Assembly (NCBI GenBank): GCA_040755995.1
Contig: JBFMAF010000037.1
Span: forward strand, 224,001-288,000
DNA: 64,000 nucleotides
Source: Acidobacteriota bacterium
Lineage (GTDB): Bacteria; Acidobacteriota; CAIWXX01
Reading direction: 5' to 3'
How positions within the stretch are numbered: position 1 is the first letter of the stretch; each line of letters starts with the position of its first letter. Under the pieces are notes generated by a model that was not told the DNA's origin, searched no databases, and saw only the letters and a program-made list of their open reading frames with translations. Position numbers and translations under genes: made by a program. Shown here one piece after another: positions 9,435 to 19,136 of the stretch.

Positions 9435-10352
9435 AAGATCAGAGGGGTGCTGCCGCCGGTCACCACACCGTTCGACAACCGAGGCGAGGTCGACACAGCG
9501 GCTCTTCGCGCGAATCTGCGCCGCTATCTCGATTGCGCCGTGGCCGGAATCGTCGTACTCGGGACGAATGGTGAGGCCGCACTGCTCGATGAGGCCGAGA
9601 GCGACGCGATGGTCGCGGCAGCGCGTGAGTCGGTTCCAAGTGATCGCGTGCTGATCGCGGGGGCCGCCAGGGAATCGACGCGAGCGACCGTGGCCGCCGC
9701 GCGGCGCGCGGCATCGCTCGGAGCGGATGCCGTCCTCGTTCGGACTCCCTCGGCCTACAAGTCTCAGATGACGGCGGAGGCCCTGGTAGGCTACTACGCG
9801 GCCGTGGCCGACTCGTCCCCGGCGCCGGTGATCTTGTACGATTTCACGGCAGCCACCGGCGTGAACCTCGCCCCGGGGCTGGTTGAGCGGCTTGCACTGC
9901 ACCCGAACGTCGCCGGGATCAAGGATTCCAACGGCGACATGGCCCAGATCGCCGAACTGGTGGGCCTGGCAAGCGATCGCTTCAGCGTGCTGGTAGGCTC
10001 ACCGCAGACCTTCTACACGAGCCTCTGCCTCGGAGTCGACGGCGGCATCCTGGCCGCGGCATGTTTCGCTCCACGGGCCTGTGTCGCGATGTACGAGCTG
10101 GTGATGAATCGTCGTCACCAGGAGGCGCTGGCGTTGCAGCGCGAGTTGTTGCCGCTCATTCGAACGGCGTTCCTCGATTTCGGCGTTCCGGGCCTCAAGG
10201 TGGCAGTGGATGCCGCCGGCTACGCTGGCGGCCCTGCCCGACCGCCGCTCCCCACCGTCCCGCCGGAGGCAGCCACAAGGATCCGAGATGCCGTGACCGC
10301 GTTCCAGAAGAGCGTTGATCGGACCGCGCCGCCGCGCATGCCGGGCAGCTGA
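9432..10352 (+). CDS. DHDPS/NAL family aldolase (4-hydroxy-2-oxoglutarate aldolase-like)
   Basis: TTPF, GTNGE, ILY, GIKDS (Schiff-base Lys). Confidence 0.85.
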   Translation: MKIRGVLPPVTTPFDNRGEVDTAALRANLRRYLDCAVAGIVVLGTNGEAALLDEAESDAMVAAARESVPSDRVLIAGAARESTRATVAAARRAASLGADAVLVRTPSAYKSQMTAEALVGYYAAVADSSPAPVILYDFTAATGVNLAPGLVERLALHPNVAGIKDSNGDMAQIAELVGLASDRFSVLVGSPQTFYTSLCLGVDGGILAAACFAPRACVAMYELVMNRRHQEALALQRELLPLIRTAFLDFGVPGLKVAVDAAGYAGGPARPPLPTVPPEAATRIRDAVTAFQKSVDRTAPPRMPGS

Positions 10353-10489
10353 CGGCGCGCCGTGCCACCGGCCTGCGCACCGAGCAGGGCTGTCATCACG
10401 GCCGTATTGTGCGATAATCTGCGCTGGTCGCGACGAGTGGTCGCGGCTCAGGTTCGATGAGATGGGTCCCAATAGGAGGTTGCCCTGAG

Positions 10490-12115
10490 ATGAAGTTCCA
10501 CATCATGATCGTTCTGTTACTGTTCTCCTGCGCATCTGTACCGGCATTCTGCTGCACCAACTACCTGATCACCAAGGGGGCGTCGGCCGACGGATCAACC
10601 ATCATCACATACGTCGCCGATTCACATGAACTGTACGGCGATTTGCCGTACATTCCAGCGGGGGTCCACATCGAAGGCACGATGATCGACATCGTCGACG
10701 GCGACACCAAGGTCTACCACGGCCAGATCAGACAGGCGCGCGAGACCTACGCCGTCATAGGCCTCATGAACGAGCACCAGGTGGCGATCGGAGAGACCAC
10801 CTGGGGCGGCCGCAAGGAGCTGGAGGGGTCCAAGGGCGTGATGGACTACGTGAATCTCATGCAGGTTGCGCTGCAGAGGTCGAAGACCGCCGTGGAAGCC
10901 GTCACGACGATGGGCCGGCTCGTCAAGGAGTACGGCTACTGCAGTTCGGGCGAGTCCTTCTCGATTTCAGATCCGAATGAGGCATGGATCATGGACCTGA
11001 TCGGGAAGGGGCCCGATGAGAAGGGCGCAGTCTGGGTCGCGAGGAGGGTGCCCGACGGATATATCTCGGCCCACGCCAACGGGCCGCGCATAAGGCAGTT
11101 CCCGCTCAACGACAAGGTGAACTGCCTGTACGCCGAAGATGTGATCTCGTTCGCGCGGGCGAAGGGCTTCTACCAGGGCGCGGACAAAGACTTCACCTTC
11201 TCCGAGACCTACAATCCGCCCACATGGAAGTCGCTCAGAGCATGCGAAGCGCGAGTATACGCGATGTTCAACCGCGCAGCCCCGTCGCTCAAGCTCAGCA
11301 CCGACTACATCGACGGCGTCAAGGGAGCCGAACCGCTGCCCCTCTGGATCAGGCCCGACAAGAAGCTCTCGGTGCGCGACGTGATGGAGCTGATGAGGGA
11401 CCACTTCGAAGGCACCAAGTACGACATGACGAAAGACGTGGGCGCCGGGCCGTTCGTGCTGCCCTACCGGTGGCGTCCGATGAGCTGGAAGGTGGACGGC
11501 GTCGAGTACATCCATGAACGCGCAGCTTCGACGCAGCAGACCGGGTTCTCCTTCGTAGCACAGTCGCGATCCGGGATGCCCGATCCGATCGGCGGTGTGC
11601 TCTGGTTCGGCGTCGACGACACCTTCTCTACGGTATACGTCCCCATGTACTGCGGCATGACCAGCGTCCCGGTTGCCTACGCGCCCGGCACGGCCACTCT
11701 GCACCGGTTCTCCTGGGACTCCGCCTTCTGGGTTTTCAACTTCGTTGCGAACTGGGCCTACTCGCGCTACTGCGACATGATCAAGGACATCCAGGCAGTG
11801 CAGAGAGAGCTCGAGGGGAGATTCCTTGCCGAGCAGCCGAAAATCGAGTACGCAGCACAGGTGCTCTATCGTGAATCGCCGCAGAAGGCAAAGGAGTACC
11901 TCACCGAGTACAGCGTGAATACCGCACAGGCGGTCGTCGCGCGCTGGAAACAGCTCGGGGAATCGCTCATAGTCAAGTACATGGACGGGAACGTGAAGGA
12001 CTCGCAAGGCAAGGTGACGCATCCACCGTACCCTGAATCCTGGTACCGCCGCATCGTGAACGATGCAGGAGAGCGCCTGAAGGCGAAGAAGCTGGAGGGT
12101 GAGAAGGAGGAGTGA
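10490..12115 (+). CDS. Peptidase C69 family dipeptidase, secreted
   Basis: Signal peptide then CTNYLITKGASADGS (Ntn Cys), MNEHQVAIGETT; AGGAGG RBS before ATG 10490. Confidence 0.92.
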   Translation: MKFHIMIVLLLFSCASVPAFCCTNYLITKGASADGSTIITYVADSHELYGDLPYIPAGVHIEGTMIDIVDGDTKVYHGQIRQARETYAVIGLMNEHQVAIGETTWGGRKELEGSKGVMDYVNLMQVALQRSKTAVEAVTTMGRLVKEYGYCSSGESFSISDPNEAWIMDLIGKGPDEKGAVWVARRVPDGYISAHANGPRIRQFPLNDKVNCLYAEDVISFARAKGFYQGADKDFTFSETYNPPTWKSLRACEARVYAMFNRAAPSLKLSTDYIDGVKGAEPLPLWIRPDKKLSVRDVMELMRDHFEGTKYDMTKDVGAGPFVLPYRWRPMSWKVDGVEYIHERAASTQQTGFSFVAQSRSGMPDPIGGVLWFGVDDTFSTVYVPMYCGMTSVPVAYAPGTATLHRFSWDSAFWVFNFVANWAYSRYCDMIKDIQAVQRELEGRFLAEQPKIEYAAQVLYRESPQKAKEYLTEYSVNTAQAVVARWKQLGESLIVKYMDGNVKDSQGKVTHPPYPESWYRRIVNDAGERLKAKKLEGEKEE

Positions 12116-12123
12116 CGCGGGCA

Positions 12124-12293
12124 CTGGCGAAACGCGGCCTCGGTCCGATGAAGCGTGCGAGGCCGCGCCGGCCGCACCTCGCGTAGAGAGTGGAGAGTCG
12201 AGAGTGGAGAGTGAACAGCTCCCCTGTGGCGATGACGCCGCGCTCCATGAACGTGACTCAGTCGCAACATGCTTTTCCCCTCAGGCCCCCTAG
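12124..12293 (-). mobile_element. ~170 bp dispersed repeat, copy A (MITE-like)
   Basis: Minus strand reads CTAG-GGGGCCTGAGGGGAAAAGCATGTTGCGACTGAGT...GCGAGGTGCGGCC...TTCATCGGACCGAGGCCGCGTTTCG-CCAG; aligns with copies B-E. Confidence 0.75.
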
Positions 12294-13522
12294 CACGTCT
12301 ACGGGGCAACCTCTCGCTTCTCGGGCCTGGCATCGCCGTCGCAGCAACAGGTGTGGGTGCCGGCGACATGATCGCCGGCACATCGGCCGGCGCCCGATTC
12401 GGCACCACGCTGCTCTGGGCCGCGGCCTTCAGCGCCCTGCTCAAGTACGTGCTCAACGAGGGCATCGCGCGATGGCAGCTGGCCACGGGCACAACCCTGC
12501 TCGAGGGCTGGGTCGAACGCCTCGGCAGGCCGCTCCAGTATTACTTCCTCGCCTACCTCATCGGATGGGCGTTCATGGTGGGAGGCGGTCTCATTTCGGC
12601 ATGCGGGATCGCAGGGCATACGATCTTCCCGACGTTCTCGGTGAGTGTCTGGGGCATCCTGCATTCGATCACAGCAGTCGCCCTCGTGCTCCTGGGACGT
12701 TACAGCTTTTTCGAGCCGCTCATGAAGGGGCTGATCGGCGTAATGTTCGTCTCATTCCTGATCGGCGCCGTCGAGCTTCGTCCCGCCTTCCATGAGCTGC
12801 TGCGAGGCCTGGCCTTTCCGTCAGTGCCCGCCGGCTCCGTGAGGCCCATCTTGAGCGTCATAGGAGGTGTCGGCGGCAGCCTGACGATTCTTTGCTACGG
12901 CTACTGGATCAGAGAGTCCGGGCGCGATGGGACGAGCTGGATGCGTGGGACGCGCATCGACCTGGGCGTCGCCTACACACTCACCGGCTTCTTCGGCGTT
13001 GCGGTGATGATCCTCGCCGCGCGAGTCCATCCGGGGGCGGCTGGTGGATCGCGCATCGTCCTCGCGATGGCCGATCCACTCGCATCCGCGCTCGGCCCGG
13101 TCGGGCGATGGGGTCTCTACGCCGGGTTCTGGGCCGCCGTGTTCAGCTCGCTGCTCGGCGTCTGGCAAGGGGTCCCGTACATGTTCGCAGACTTCGTGGC
13201 GCTCCTGAAGCGCCTGCAACCGGCTGAGCGCGCAGAGCTCGTGAGCAGCCGCTCGGTCTACTATCGAGGCTTCCTGCTGTTCCTGGCCTTCCCGCCGATG
13301 CTCCTTCTGCTGTTCCAGAAGCCAGTAGCCGTGGTGCTGGCTTATGCGGCCGTCGGCGCGCTGTTCATGCCTTTCCTGGCCGGCACCCTGCTCTACATGA
13401 ACACGCGCCGCCAGTGGGTCGGAAACCTCAGGAACGGCTGGCCCACCACTCTCCTCCTCGCTCTGGCGTTGCTCGTGTTCCTGTATCTCGGCATCCACGG
13501 GGTCGTCGAGGGCGCGGACTGA
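12269..13522 (+). CDS. Nramp-family divalent metal transporter-like protein
   Basis: GPGIAVAATGVGAGD, LKY...EG.ARWQLATG, about 11 TM helices. Present start codon lies within repeat copy A. Confidence 0.85.
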   Translation: MLFPSGPLARLRGNLSLLGPGIAVAATGVGAGDMIAGTSAGARFGTTLLWAAAFSALLKYVLNEGIARWQLATGTTLLEGWVERLGRPLQYYFLAYLIGWAFMVGGGLISACGIAGHTIFPTFSVSVWGILHSITAVALVLLGRYSFFEPLMKGLIGVMFVSFLIGAVELRPAFHELLRGLAFPSVPAGSVRPILSVIGGVGGSLTILCYGYWIRESGRDGTSWMRGTRIDLGVAYTLTGFFGVAVMILAARVHPGAAGGSRIVLAMADPLASALGPVGRWGLYAGFWAAVFSSLLGVWQGVPYMFADFVALLKRLQPAERAELVSSRSVYYRGFLLFLAFPPMLLLLFQKPVAVVLAYAAVGALFMPFLAGTLLYMNTRRQWVGNLRNGWPTTLLLALALLVFLYLGIHGVVEGAD

Positions 13523-13567
13523 AGGTCATACAGCGCGACATAAGTCGCGCTGTGCAGCCTGCGGCGG

Positions 13568-15337
13568 CTACCAACCCGCGATCGCCCGTTCGCCTCGCAC
13601 GTCGGCGCCGCCGAATAGCGTCTGATGCTCCAAGTCGATCCCCACTGCCGTGACTGCGGTAGGCATGCGGAACGGACCGACGATGCGCAGGTCGTGCCCT
13701 CTGCGCCTCAACTCCTCCAGCACCTCCCACGGCACGCGTCCCTCGATCGTCAGGACGCCGGGCTGATCCCTGTGGTCTCGGAACGAGTTGAACATGTGTT
13801 CGGAGTTGATGCGCGGCGCCTCGATCGCCTCCTGGATCGGCAGGCCGAAGTCGATGTGCGCAAGGATCACGTTGAGGTTCTGCTGATCCTGGCTGTCCCC
13901 GCCCGGCGTGGCAATGGCCATGTACGGGCGCCCGTCCTTGAGTATGATCGTCGGCGTGAGTGTGATGCGGGGGCGTTTCTTCGGAGCCACGACGTTGGGG
14001 CTTGCAGGATCGAGGCTGAACTGCTGCATGCGCTGTGACAGCGGGACACCCGTATCTCCCGCGATGAAAGCGCCATCGAGTATCCAGGCACCCGAGACGA
14101 CCGCGGAGAAGAGATTCCCCGTGGAATCGACGGCGTTCACGGCGGTGGTGTCGCCGGACTGCGAGGCGAGACCCGAGGCGGATTGCGGCTTCGAGGAGCT
14201 GGACGGCTTCGTCAATCCAGGACGATGGGTCGTGGAGGCGCGCCTGGGATCGATGAGCGCCCGCCGCTGGTCCGCATACGACTTCGAAAGCAGTACGTCG
14301 CTTGGGATTTTGGAGAAATCGGGATCGCCGTAGTATGCGTCGCGATCGTCGAACGCGAGCTTCATGGCCTCCGTCACCGTGTGCAAGTAGTCTGCCGACT
14401 GGAATCCCATCGACTTCAGATCGAAGCCGGAGAGGATGTTGAGCGTCTCGAGCAACGCCGGACCCTGAGTCCAGAAGCCCGCCTTGCAGACATCGTAGCC
14501 GCGATAGACAACGCGAAACGGGTCCTCGACACGTCCGCGAAAAGATGCGAGGTCCTCCTCGGTGAGCAGCCCGCCGGAGTCCCGCGCGGTCCTGACGAGT
14601 CGGCGAGCGATGTCACCCTTGTAGAAGGCGCTTCTCCCGGCTTCAATCGCCTTCAGCCGATCCTTCGTCTGCCGATACTCGACATCGTCCGCCGCGGCGA
14701 TGGCGCGGAGTGTTCTGGCAAGGTCTGGCTGGCGGAACATCTCGCCCACCTCGACCACGCGCCCGCCCGGATAATAGACCGCCATCGTCGACGGATATCG
14801 CTCGCATTTTTCGCGCTCGCGGATCATGATCTCACGCAGCACGTCATACATCGGGAACCCGTCGGCCAGGTCGATGGCGGGCTGAAGCACATCGGAGAGA
14901 CGTTTCGTGCCGAACTGCGAGAGAACGAGTGCCATCGAGTCCACCACCGCAGGCACGGTGGCGGCCCGAGGCCCGTGGAAGTCAATGTACGGCCGGCCCG
15001 CCCAGACTTCCGGCTCGGCCGCGGCCGGCGCAACGCCCTGGCCGTTCACTACGAGCACCTGCCTCCGCTGCGCGTCGTACAGCACGACAGGGGCCTCGCC
15101 ACCGAAGCCGAACAGGTGGATCTCCGTGACGCTTGCAGCAAACACCGCGGCCGCCCCGGCATCGAAAGCGTTCCCGCCCTCCCTGAACATTCGCATACCC
15201 GCTTCGACCGCGAAATGACGGCCTGCGGCCAGCACGTAACTCTTGGCGTTGATCTCGGCGCGCATGGTCTGCGCCGCATAGAGAGATACATTAAGCATCA
15301 TCAGGACCATCACTGGGAATCCAATTGCTCTCAGCAC
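13568..15337 (-). CDS. ggt: Gamma-glutamyltranspeptidase family protein, secreted
   Basis: GGNAFDA, GFGGE, GDTT nucleophile Thr, KRPRITLTP, TPGGD, GGADxR. GTG 15337 follows AGGAGG and yields a signal peptide. Confidence 0.9.
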   Translation of the reverse strand: MLRAIGFPVMVLMMLNVSLYAAQTMRAEINAKSYVLAAGRHFAVEAGMRMFREGGNAFDAGAAAVFAASVTEIHLFGFGGEAPVVLYDAQRRQVLVVNGQGVAPAAAEPEVWAGRPYIDFHGPRAATVPAVVDSMALVLSQFGTKRLSDVLQPAIDLADGFPMYDVLREIMIREREKCERYPSTMAVYYPGGRVVEVGEMFRQPDLARTLRAIAAADDVEYRQTKDRLKAIEAGRSAFYKGDIARRLVRTARDSGGLLTEEDLASFRGRVEDPFRVVYRGYDVCKAGFWTQGPALLETLNILSGFDLKSMGFQSADYLHTVTEAMKLAFDDRDAYYGDPDFSKIPSDVLLSKSYADQRRALIDPRRASTTHRPGLTKPSSSSKPQSASGLASQSGDTTAVNAVDSTGNLFSAVVSGAWILDGAFIAGDTGVPLSQRMQQFSLDPASPNVVAPKKRPRITLTPTIILKDGRPYMAIATPGGDSQDQQNLNVILAHIDFGLPIQEAIEAPRINSEHMFNSFRDHRDQPGVLTIEGRVPWEVLEELRRRGHDLRIVGPFRMPTAVTAVGIDLEHQTLFGGADVRGERAIAGW

Positions 15338-15707
15338 GCTCGCCTCCTGTCCCCAGCCCAACAGTTTATCACGCGCCGCCGCAGACGACCCGTTCGCGTC
15401 GGCCGAGCCGCCGAGCCCGGGGCGACGGGACCCAGCCCAACCTGCTATCGCCGATCCACAGATCCCCCGCCTCTCTCGGCTCCCGCCGGGCCTTCGGTCC
15501 CTCCGCCAGGTCCTAATCATGGAGAGGCCGCCACCAAGGGAGGGCCTATCGGCCTTCATGTTCCACGGAGCTTCCAGCGCTGCGATCCGTCACCGCGAGC
15601 GCTAACGGAGCGGCGAAGAATCTGGACTCTGACAGGCTGCAAGGGGCCTCCCTGAGGTTCGAGGCTCGCGGGAGACGTGGCTCTGCGAGTGCCTGTCGAT
15701 GTCGTGA

Positions 15708-16067
15708 TCACTTTCTCGCGCCGCGTGTCTTCTCTCCACACGCCTCTGCCAAGACCGAGACCATAAGGTGGTTAAGCGACGTGTCCTCTACCTCAGCCAA
15801 ACGAGAAAGACGCGCATGAAGTGACCGCGGCATGCGAATCCTGATCTGTCCGGAATAGTCGCCCGTCAGATCCGCGGGCGGCAGCGGGTCCCCGTCCTCT
15901 TGGAGCACTTCCAGCATCGTCTCCGCTGCCTTTCGTGCTTCCGAAGCGGCCCTCTCGGGCGATGGTCCGTGAGCTGCGCATCCCGGCAGAGCCGGAACGC
16001 GGGCCACATAGGCGTCGTCTGCATCGCTCCACTCGACCACAATCCGGTACTTGAAAGCCTGCTTCAT
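15708..16067 (-). CDS. hicB: HicB antitoxin
   Basis: YVARVPALPGCAAHG...A plus C-terminal RHH (SGQIRIRMPRSLHARL...SLN); ATGA overlap with hicA. Confidence 0.9.
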   Translation of the reverse strand: MKQAFKYRIVVEWSDADDAYVARVPALPGCAAHGPSPERAASEARKAAETMLEVLQEDGDPLPPADLTGDYSGQIRIRMPRSLHARLSRLAEVEDTSLNHLMVSVLAEACGEKTRGARK

Positions 16068-16324
16068 TCTTCCACCTCCAAGCCGTGCCCATCGACGATG
16101 TCCACTACCTGTCTCACCTGGTACGGTTTCGCCTTTCCGGCCGATCCTCTCTGCAGATTGACCATCGGCACCTCCGATCGCCCTGCATGCCGGCAAATCC
16201 GATGGCTCCCTACTCGGCGTCTCTCCTTGAACCCCAACCGCACGACCAACCCGCACAGATCCTCGAATCTGACACTCCCGGGGTTTCGTCGAGCCTGATC
16301 GAGTAGCCTCTGCCACCGTCCCAT
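16064..16324 (-). CDS. hicA: HicA mRNase toxin
   Basis: VRFEDL...LGF...GSH...AKPYQVRQV. Confidence 0.9.
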   Translation of the reverse strand: MGRWQRLLDQARRNPGSVRFEDLCGLVVRLGFKERRRVGSHRICRHAGRSEVPMVNLQRGSAGKAKPYQVRQVVDIVDGHGLEVEE

Positions 16325-16328
16325 GAGG

Positions 16329-16354
16329 TGATGATACCATATATGGAACCATCA
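16329..16354. promoter_or_regulatory. Palindromic operator overlapping the hicAB extended -10
   Basis: TGATGATACCATATATGGAACCATCA (22/26 self-complementary); minus strand TGG-TATCAT lies 6 nt before the ATG. Confidence 0.65.
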
Positions 16355-16390
16355 TGGAAAGACTGCTGGTGCATGCGCATGCACCACTGG

Positions 16391-16777
16391 TCAGTTGAAG
16401 TGCTGCCCGCAGAACTCTTCCATTGCGTGCCAGCTCCAACGTGTTCGCACGAATTCCAACACGCGCTCGCCCCCGGCAAAGGACGCGATCACTTCGTCGG
16501 GTGTGAAACGTAGAAGTGACGATACCACCAGGGGTCTTGTCGGCGGGCTCGTTCCCGCCAACATCTGCTCCATCGATTCTCGTGAGCCACCGATAGATGG
16601 TTGAACATGCAATGCCCTAGTAGTATCGGCCCCGCGCGGTGCGCCGGCCTTGAGCTGGCTCCGGAGGACCAGGACGAGTCCCTCGATCTCGGCGACTCTC
16701 AGGCGGAGGAGGAAGTTCTCGTTAGCGACCTGATCTGAGTCCGAGTTTAGGGTTCTCTGCAGCAAGTGTAATCTCAT
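16391..16777 (-). CDS. Hypothetical protein or gene remnant
   Basis: 128 aa ORF in a visibly more AT-rich patch; no recognised motif and no clear RBS. Confidence 0.3.
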   Translation of the reverse strand: MRLHLLQRTLNSDSDQVANENFLLRLRVAEIEGLVLVLRSQLKAGAPRGADTTRALHVQPSIGGSRESMEQMLAGTSPPTRPLVVSSLLRFTPDEVIASFAGGERVLEFVRTRWSWHAMEEFCGQHFN

Positions 16778-16908
16778 TCAACCAGGTCTACAGCGTCACC
16801 GTGCACGAAAACCCACGGGCACGATCGCCCTCCAGGGGGGCGCGGTGTCGGTCAATGCTGCGAAACGCGCGCGGGACAGCCGCCGGAACTGGCCGACCGC
16901 CAGGCTTC

Positions 16909-17676
16909 CTATTCGGCTACGTTGTCGAGAAATCGGCGGAGCCGGTCTCGGAACGCACGTCCCACAGTGAGTTGCTTGCCATCCTTCAGCATCACGACCT
17001 GTTCGCCCTGGAACCAGGGGTGCATCTCCTTCACGCGGTCGAGGTTCACGATGGTGGAACGGTGGATTCGCACGAACTGGTCGGGGTTCAACTTGGGCTC
17101 GAGCCCGTTCATCGTCTCACGCAAGAGGTACTCGTCCTTGCCTACGTGCAGCGTGATGTAGTTGCCGGCGGCCTCGAACCAATCGACCTCAGTGGCCTTG
17201 AGGAATAGCACGCGGCCTCCGCTCTTGACCACCAGCCGCTGCAAATACTTGCGTTCGCTGCGCAGAGCGTCGAGGAGGGTGCGGAGGCTTCCCTGGGCCG
17301 CGAGAGCCCCTCCCTGCAACTCCTTGCGTGCCCGAGCCAACGCGCGCTGGAAACGATCTTCGTCAAACGGCTTCAACAGGTAGTCCACGGCGTGCGCATC
17401 GAACGCGCGGAGCGCATACTTGTCGTAGGCCGTCGCGAATATCACCAGGGGCATCTTCTCCGGACCAACCGCCTCTATCACGTCGAAGCCGTCCACGCCG
17501 GGCATCTGTACGTCCAGGAATACCAGGTCAGGCGAGAGCTCGGTGATCCTGGCGATGGCGTCCTCGCCGTCCGCGCACTCGCCGACGATCTCGATCGAGG
17601 GTTCGTCCTTGAGCAATCCCGCAATCCGCTTGCAGGCCCAGGGCTCGTCGTCGACGATCAGGACGCGGATGCTCAT
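16909..17676 (-). CDS. LytTR family response regulator
   Basis: REC (DDE, DVQMP, KP) plus LytTR (FVRIHRSTIVN). Confidence 0.95.
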   Translation of the reverse strand: MSIRVLIVDDEPWACKRIAGLLKDEPSIEIVGECADGEDAIARITELSPDLVFLDVQMPGVDGFDVIEAVGPEKMPLVIFATAYDKYALRAFDAHAVDYLLKPFDEDRFQRALARARKELQGGALAAQGSLRTLLDALRSERKYLQRLVVKSGGRVLFLKATEVDWFEAAGNYITLHVGKDEYLLRETMNGLEPKLNPDQFVRIHRSTIVNLDRVKEMHPWFQGEQVVMLKDGKQLTVGRAFRDRLRRFLDNVAE

Positions 17677-18782
17677 GGTCGAGCGCCCCCGGCAGGTTCC
17701 GGACCTGCCATCTGAAGCGGCATCCGTAGCGACACGACGAGGCCGCCCTCCTGCGCGCTTTCCAACGTCAATCGATGCGCAGCAGGGTAGAGCTGTTCCA
17801 GACGCCGGCGCGTGTTGCCGAGCCCCAGGCCCTCGGGTGGAGGCTGTGTCGAGCCGGCTGGGAGCCCGCAGCCGTTGTCGGCAATCCTGAGGACCAGGAA
17901 GCCGTCGTCGCGCCGGCCCTCGATGGATATGGACCCGTGGTGCTTGCGTCCCGCGAAACCGTGGCGGATGCAGTTCTCCACGAGCGGCTGGAGCAGCATG
18001 CTCGGCACGCGCGCATCCAGCAGCGCAGGGTCAAGATCCACGATCAGAGCCAACTTGTCGCCGAAACGTATCCGCTCGATCTCGACGTACTTCTGCACAA
18101 ACTCTATCTCCTGCCTCAACGACGCTTCGTGGTGACCGATGTTGTCCAGGATCAGCCGCAGCAGGTCGCTCAGCCGGCTCACCATGCGGTCCGCAGCCTT
18201 GACGTCCTCGTGCATCATGGCGGATATCGTGTTCAGCGTGTTGAAGAGGAAATGCGGATGGAGCTGCGCCTTGAGGAGCTGCAGCTGCGCCTGCGCGAGC
18301 TGCCGCTCGCGTTCCTTGTACTTCTCGAAGTAGTTGATGGCCGTGGTGAATCCGACTATCGCCCAGTACGTGATGAGATTCGGATTGAAGCGCGCGAAGA
18401 GCATGTGGGAGAGCTCGGGCGACGCGTAGCAGATCATGGCGTAGAGCCAGGAGTGGCTGATGGTGAAGACGAGGCAGGCGGGGACGTGGACGATCAGGCT
18501 GCGCGGCCAGACGCGCCGTTCGAGGGGGAAGCGCCACGTGAGCCACACGATCAGAGGCGCATAGACGGCCGTGATTGCGGCGCTGGTGGCCGTAAGCTCG
18601 ATGATCTGGGCCCAGGGCATGTCCTGTCCTCGCAGGAGGAAATAGACGTAGACCTCGGGCGCGAGTACGAGCGAGAGAACTGCCCAACCCCCGAGAATGA
18701 GCGCCCACGTTTTCGAGCCACGCCATGGAGAGGATGTGGGCATCGATGTGTCCCTGCAGCCGGCGGGAAAGGAATCTGTCAC
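17673..18782 (-). CDS. LytS/YehU-type sensor histidine kinase
   Basis: TM region, QLHPHFLFNTLN, LQPLVEN, GLGLGN. Confidence 0.93.
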   Translation of the reverse strand: MTDSFPAGCRDTSMPTSSPWRGSKTWALILGGWAVLSLVLAPEVYVYFLLRGQDMPWAQIIELTATSAAITAVYAPLIVWLTWRFPLERRVWPRSLIVHVPACLVFTISHSWLYAMICYASPELSHMLFARFNPNLITYWAIVGFTTAINYFEKYKERERQLAQAQLQLLKAQLHPHFLFNTLNTISAMMHEDVKAADRMVSRLSDLLRLILDNIGHHEASLRQEIEFVQKYVEIERIRFGDKLALIVDLDPALLDARVPSMLLQPLVENCIRHGFAGRKHHGSISIEGRRDDGFLVLRIADNGCGLPAGSTQPPPEGLGLGNTRRRLEQLYPAAHRLTLESAQEGGLVVSLRMPLQMAGPEPAGGARP

Positions 18783-18950
18783 GATGGAGCTCCAGCGGTC
18801 ATCTCGCCTATCTTACCATTCCTGCAAGACTTACATCGGATCCGGCGAAGGAGGGGGGCCGAATGTGACGAGTTGCATCCGGCCGTGACATACGCCGGAA
18901 TCGTTGAGATAATCGGATGGCGAGTCGCAGCCCCGAGCTGCAATGAGGAC

Positions 18951-19122
18951 CTGGGAATGACTTGAGGTGAGAATGATGTTGCGATTGAGTAGAGTCCTTG
19001 ACGCGGTGCGTCACCACCACGCCCAAGCCAGTCATTCTCAACTCCGCGCTCTTGACTTTCTACGCGAGGCGCAGCCGACGCTGCGGGGCATAGATCATGG
19101 GTCAGAGGCCGCGCCTCGCTGG
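18951..19122 (+). mobile_element. ~170 bp dispersed repeat, copy B
   Basis: GATGTTGCGATTGAGT...TACGCGAGGCGC...TCAGAGGCCGCGCCTCG-CTGG; left boundary less certain. Confidence 0.7.
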
Positions 19123-19136
19123 AGCAGGAGGCGCAG

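Noticed and set aside
15708..16439. 243 aa ORF as a long HicB
   Set aside because: The extension overlaps hicA in another frame; ATG 16067 has an RBS and ATGA coupling.
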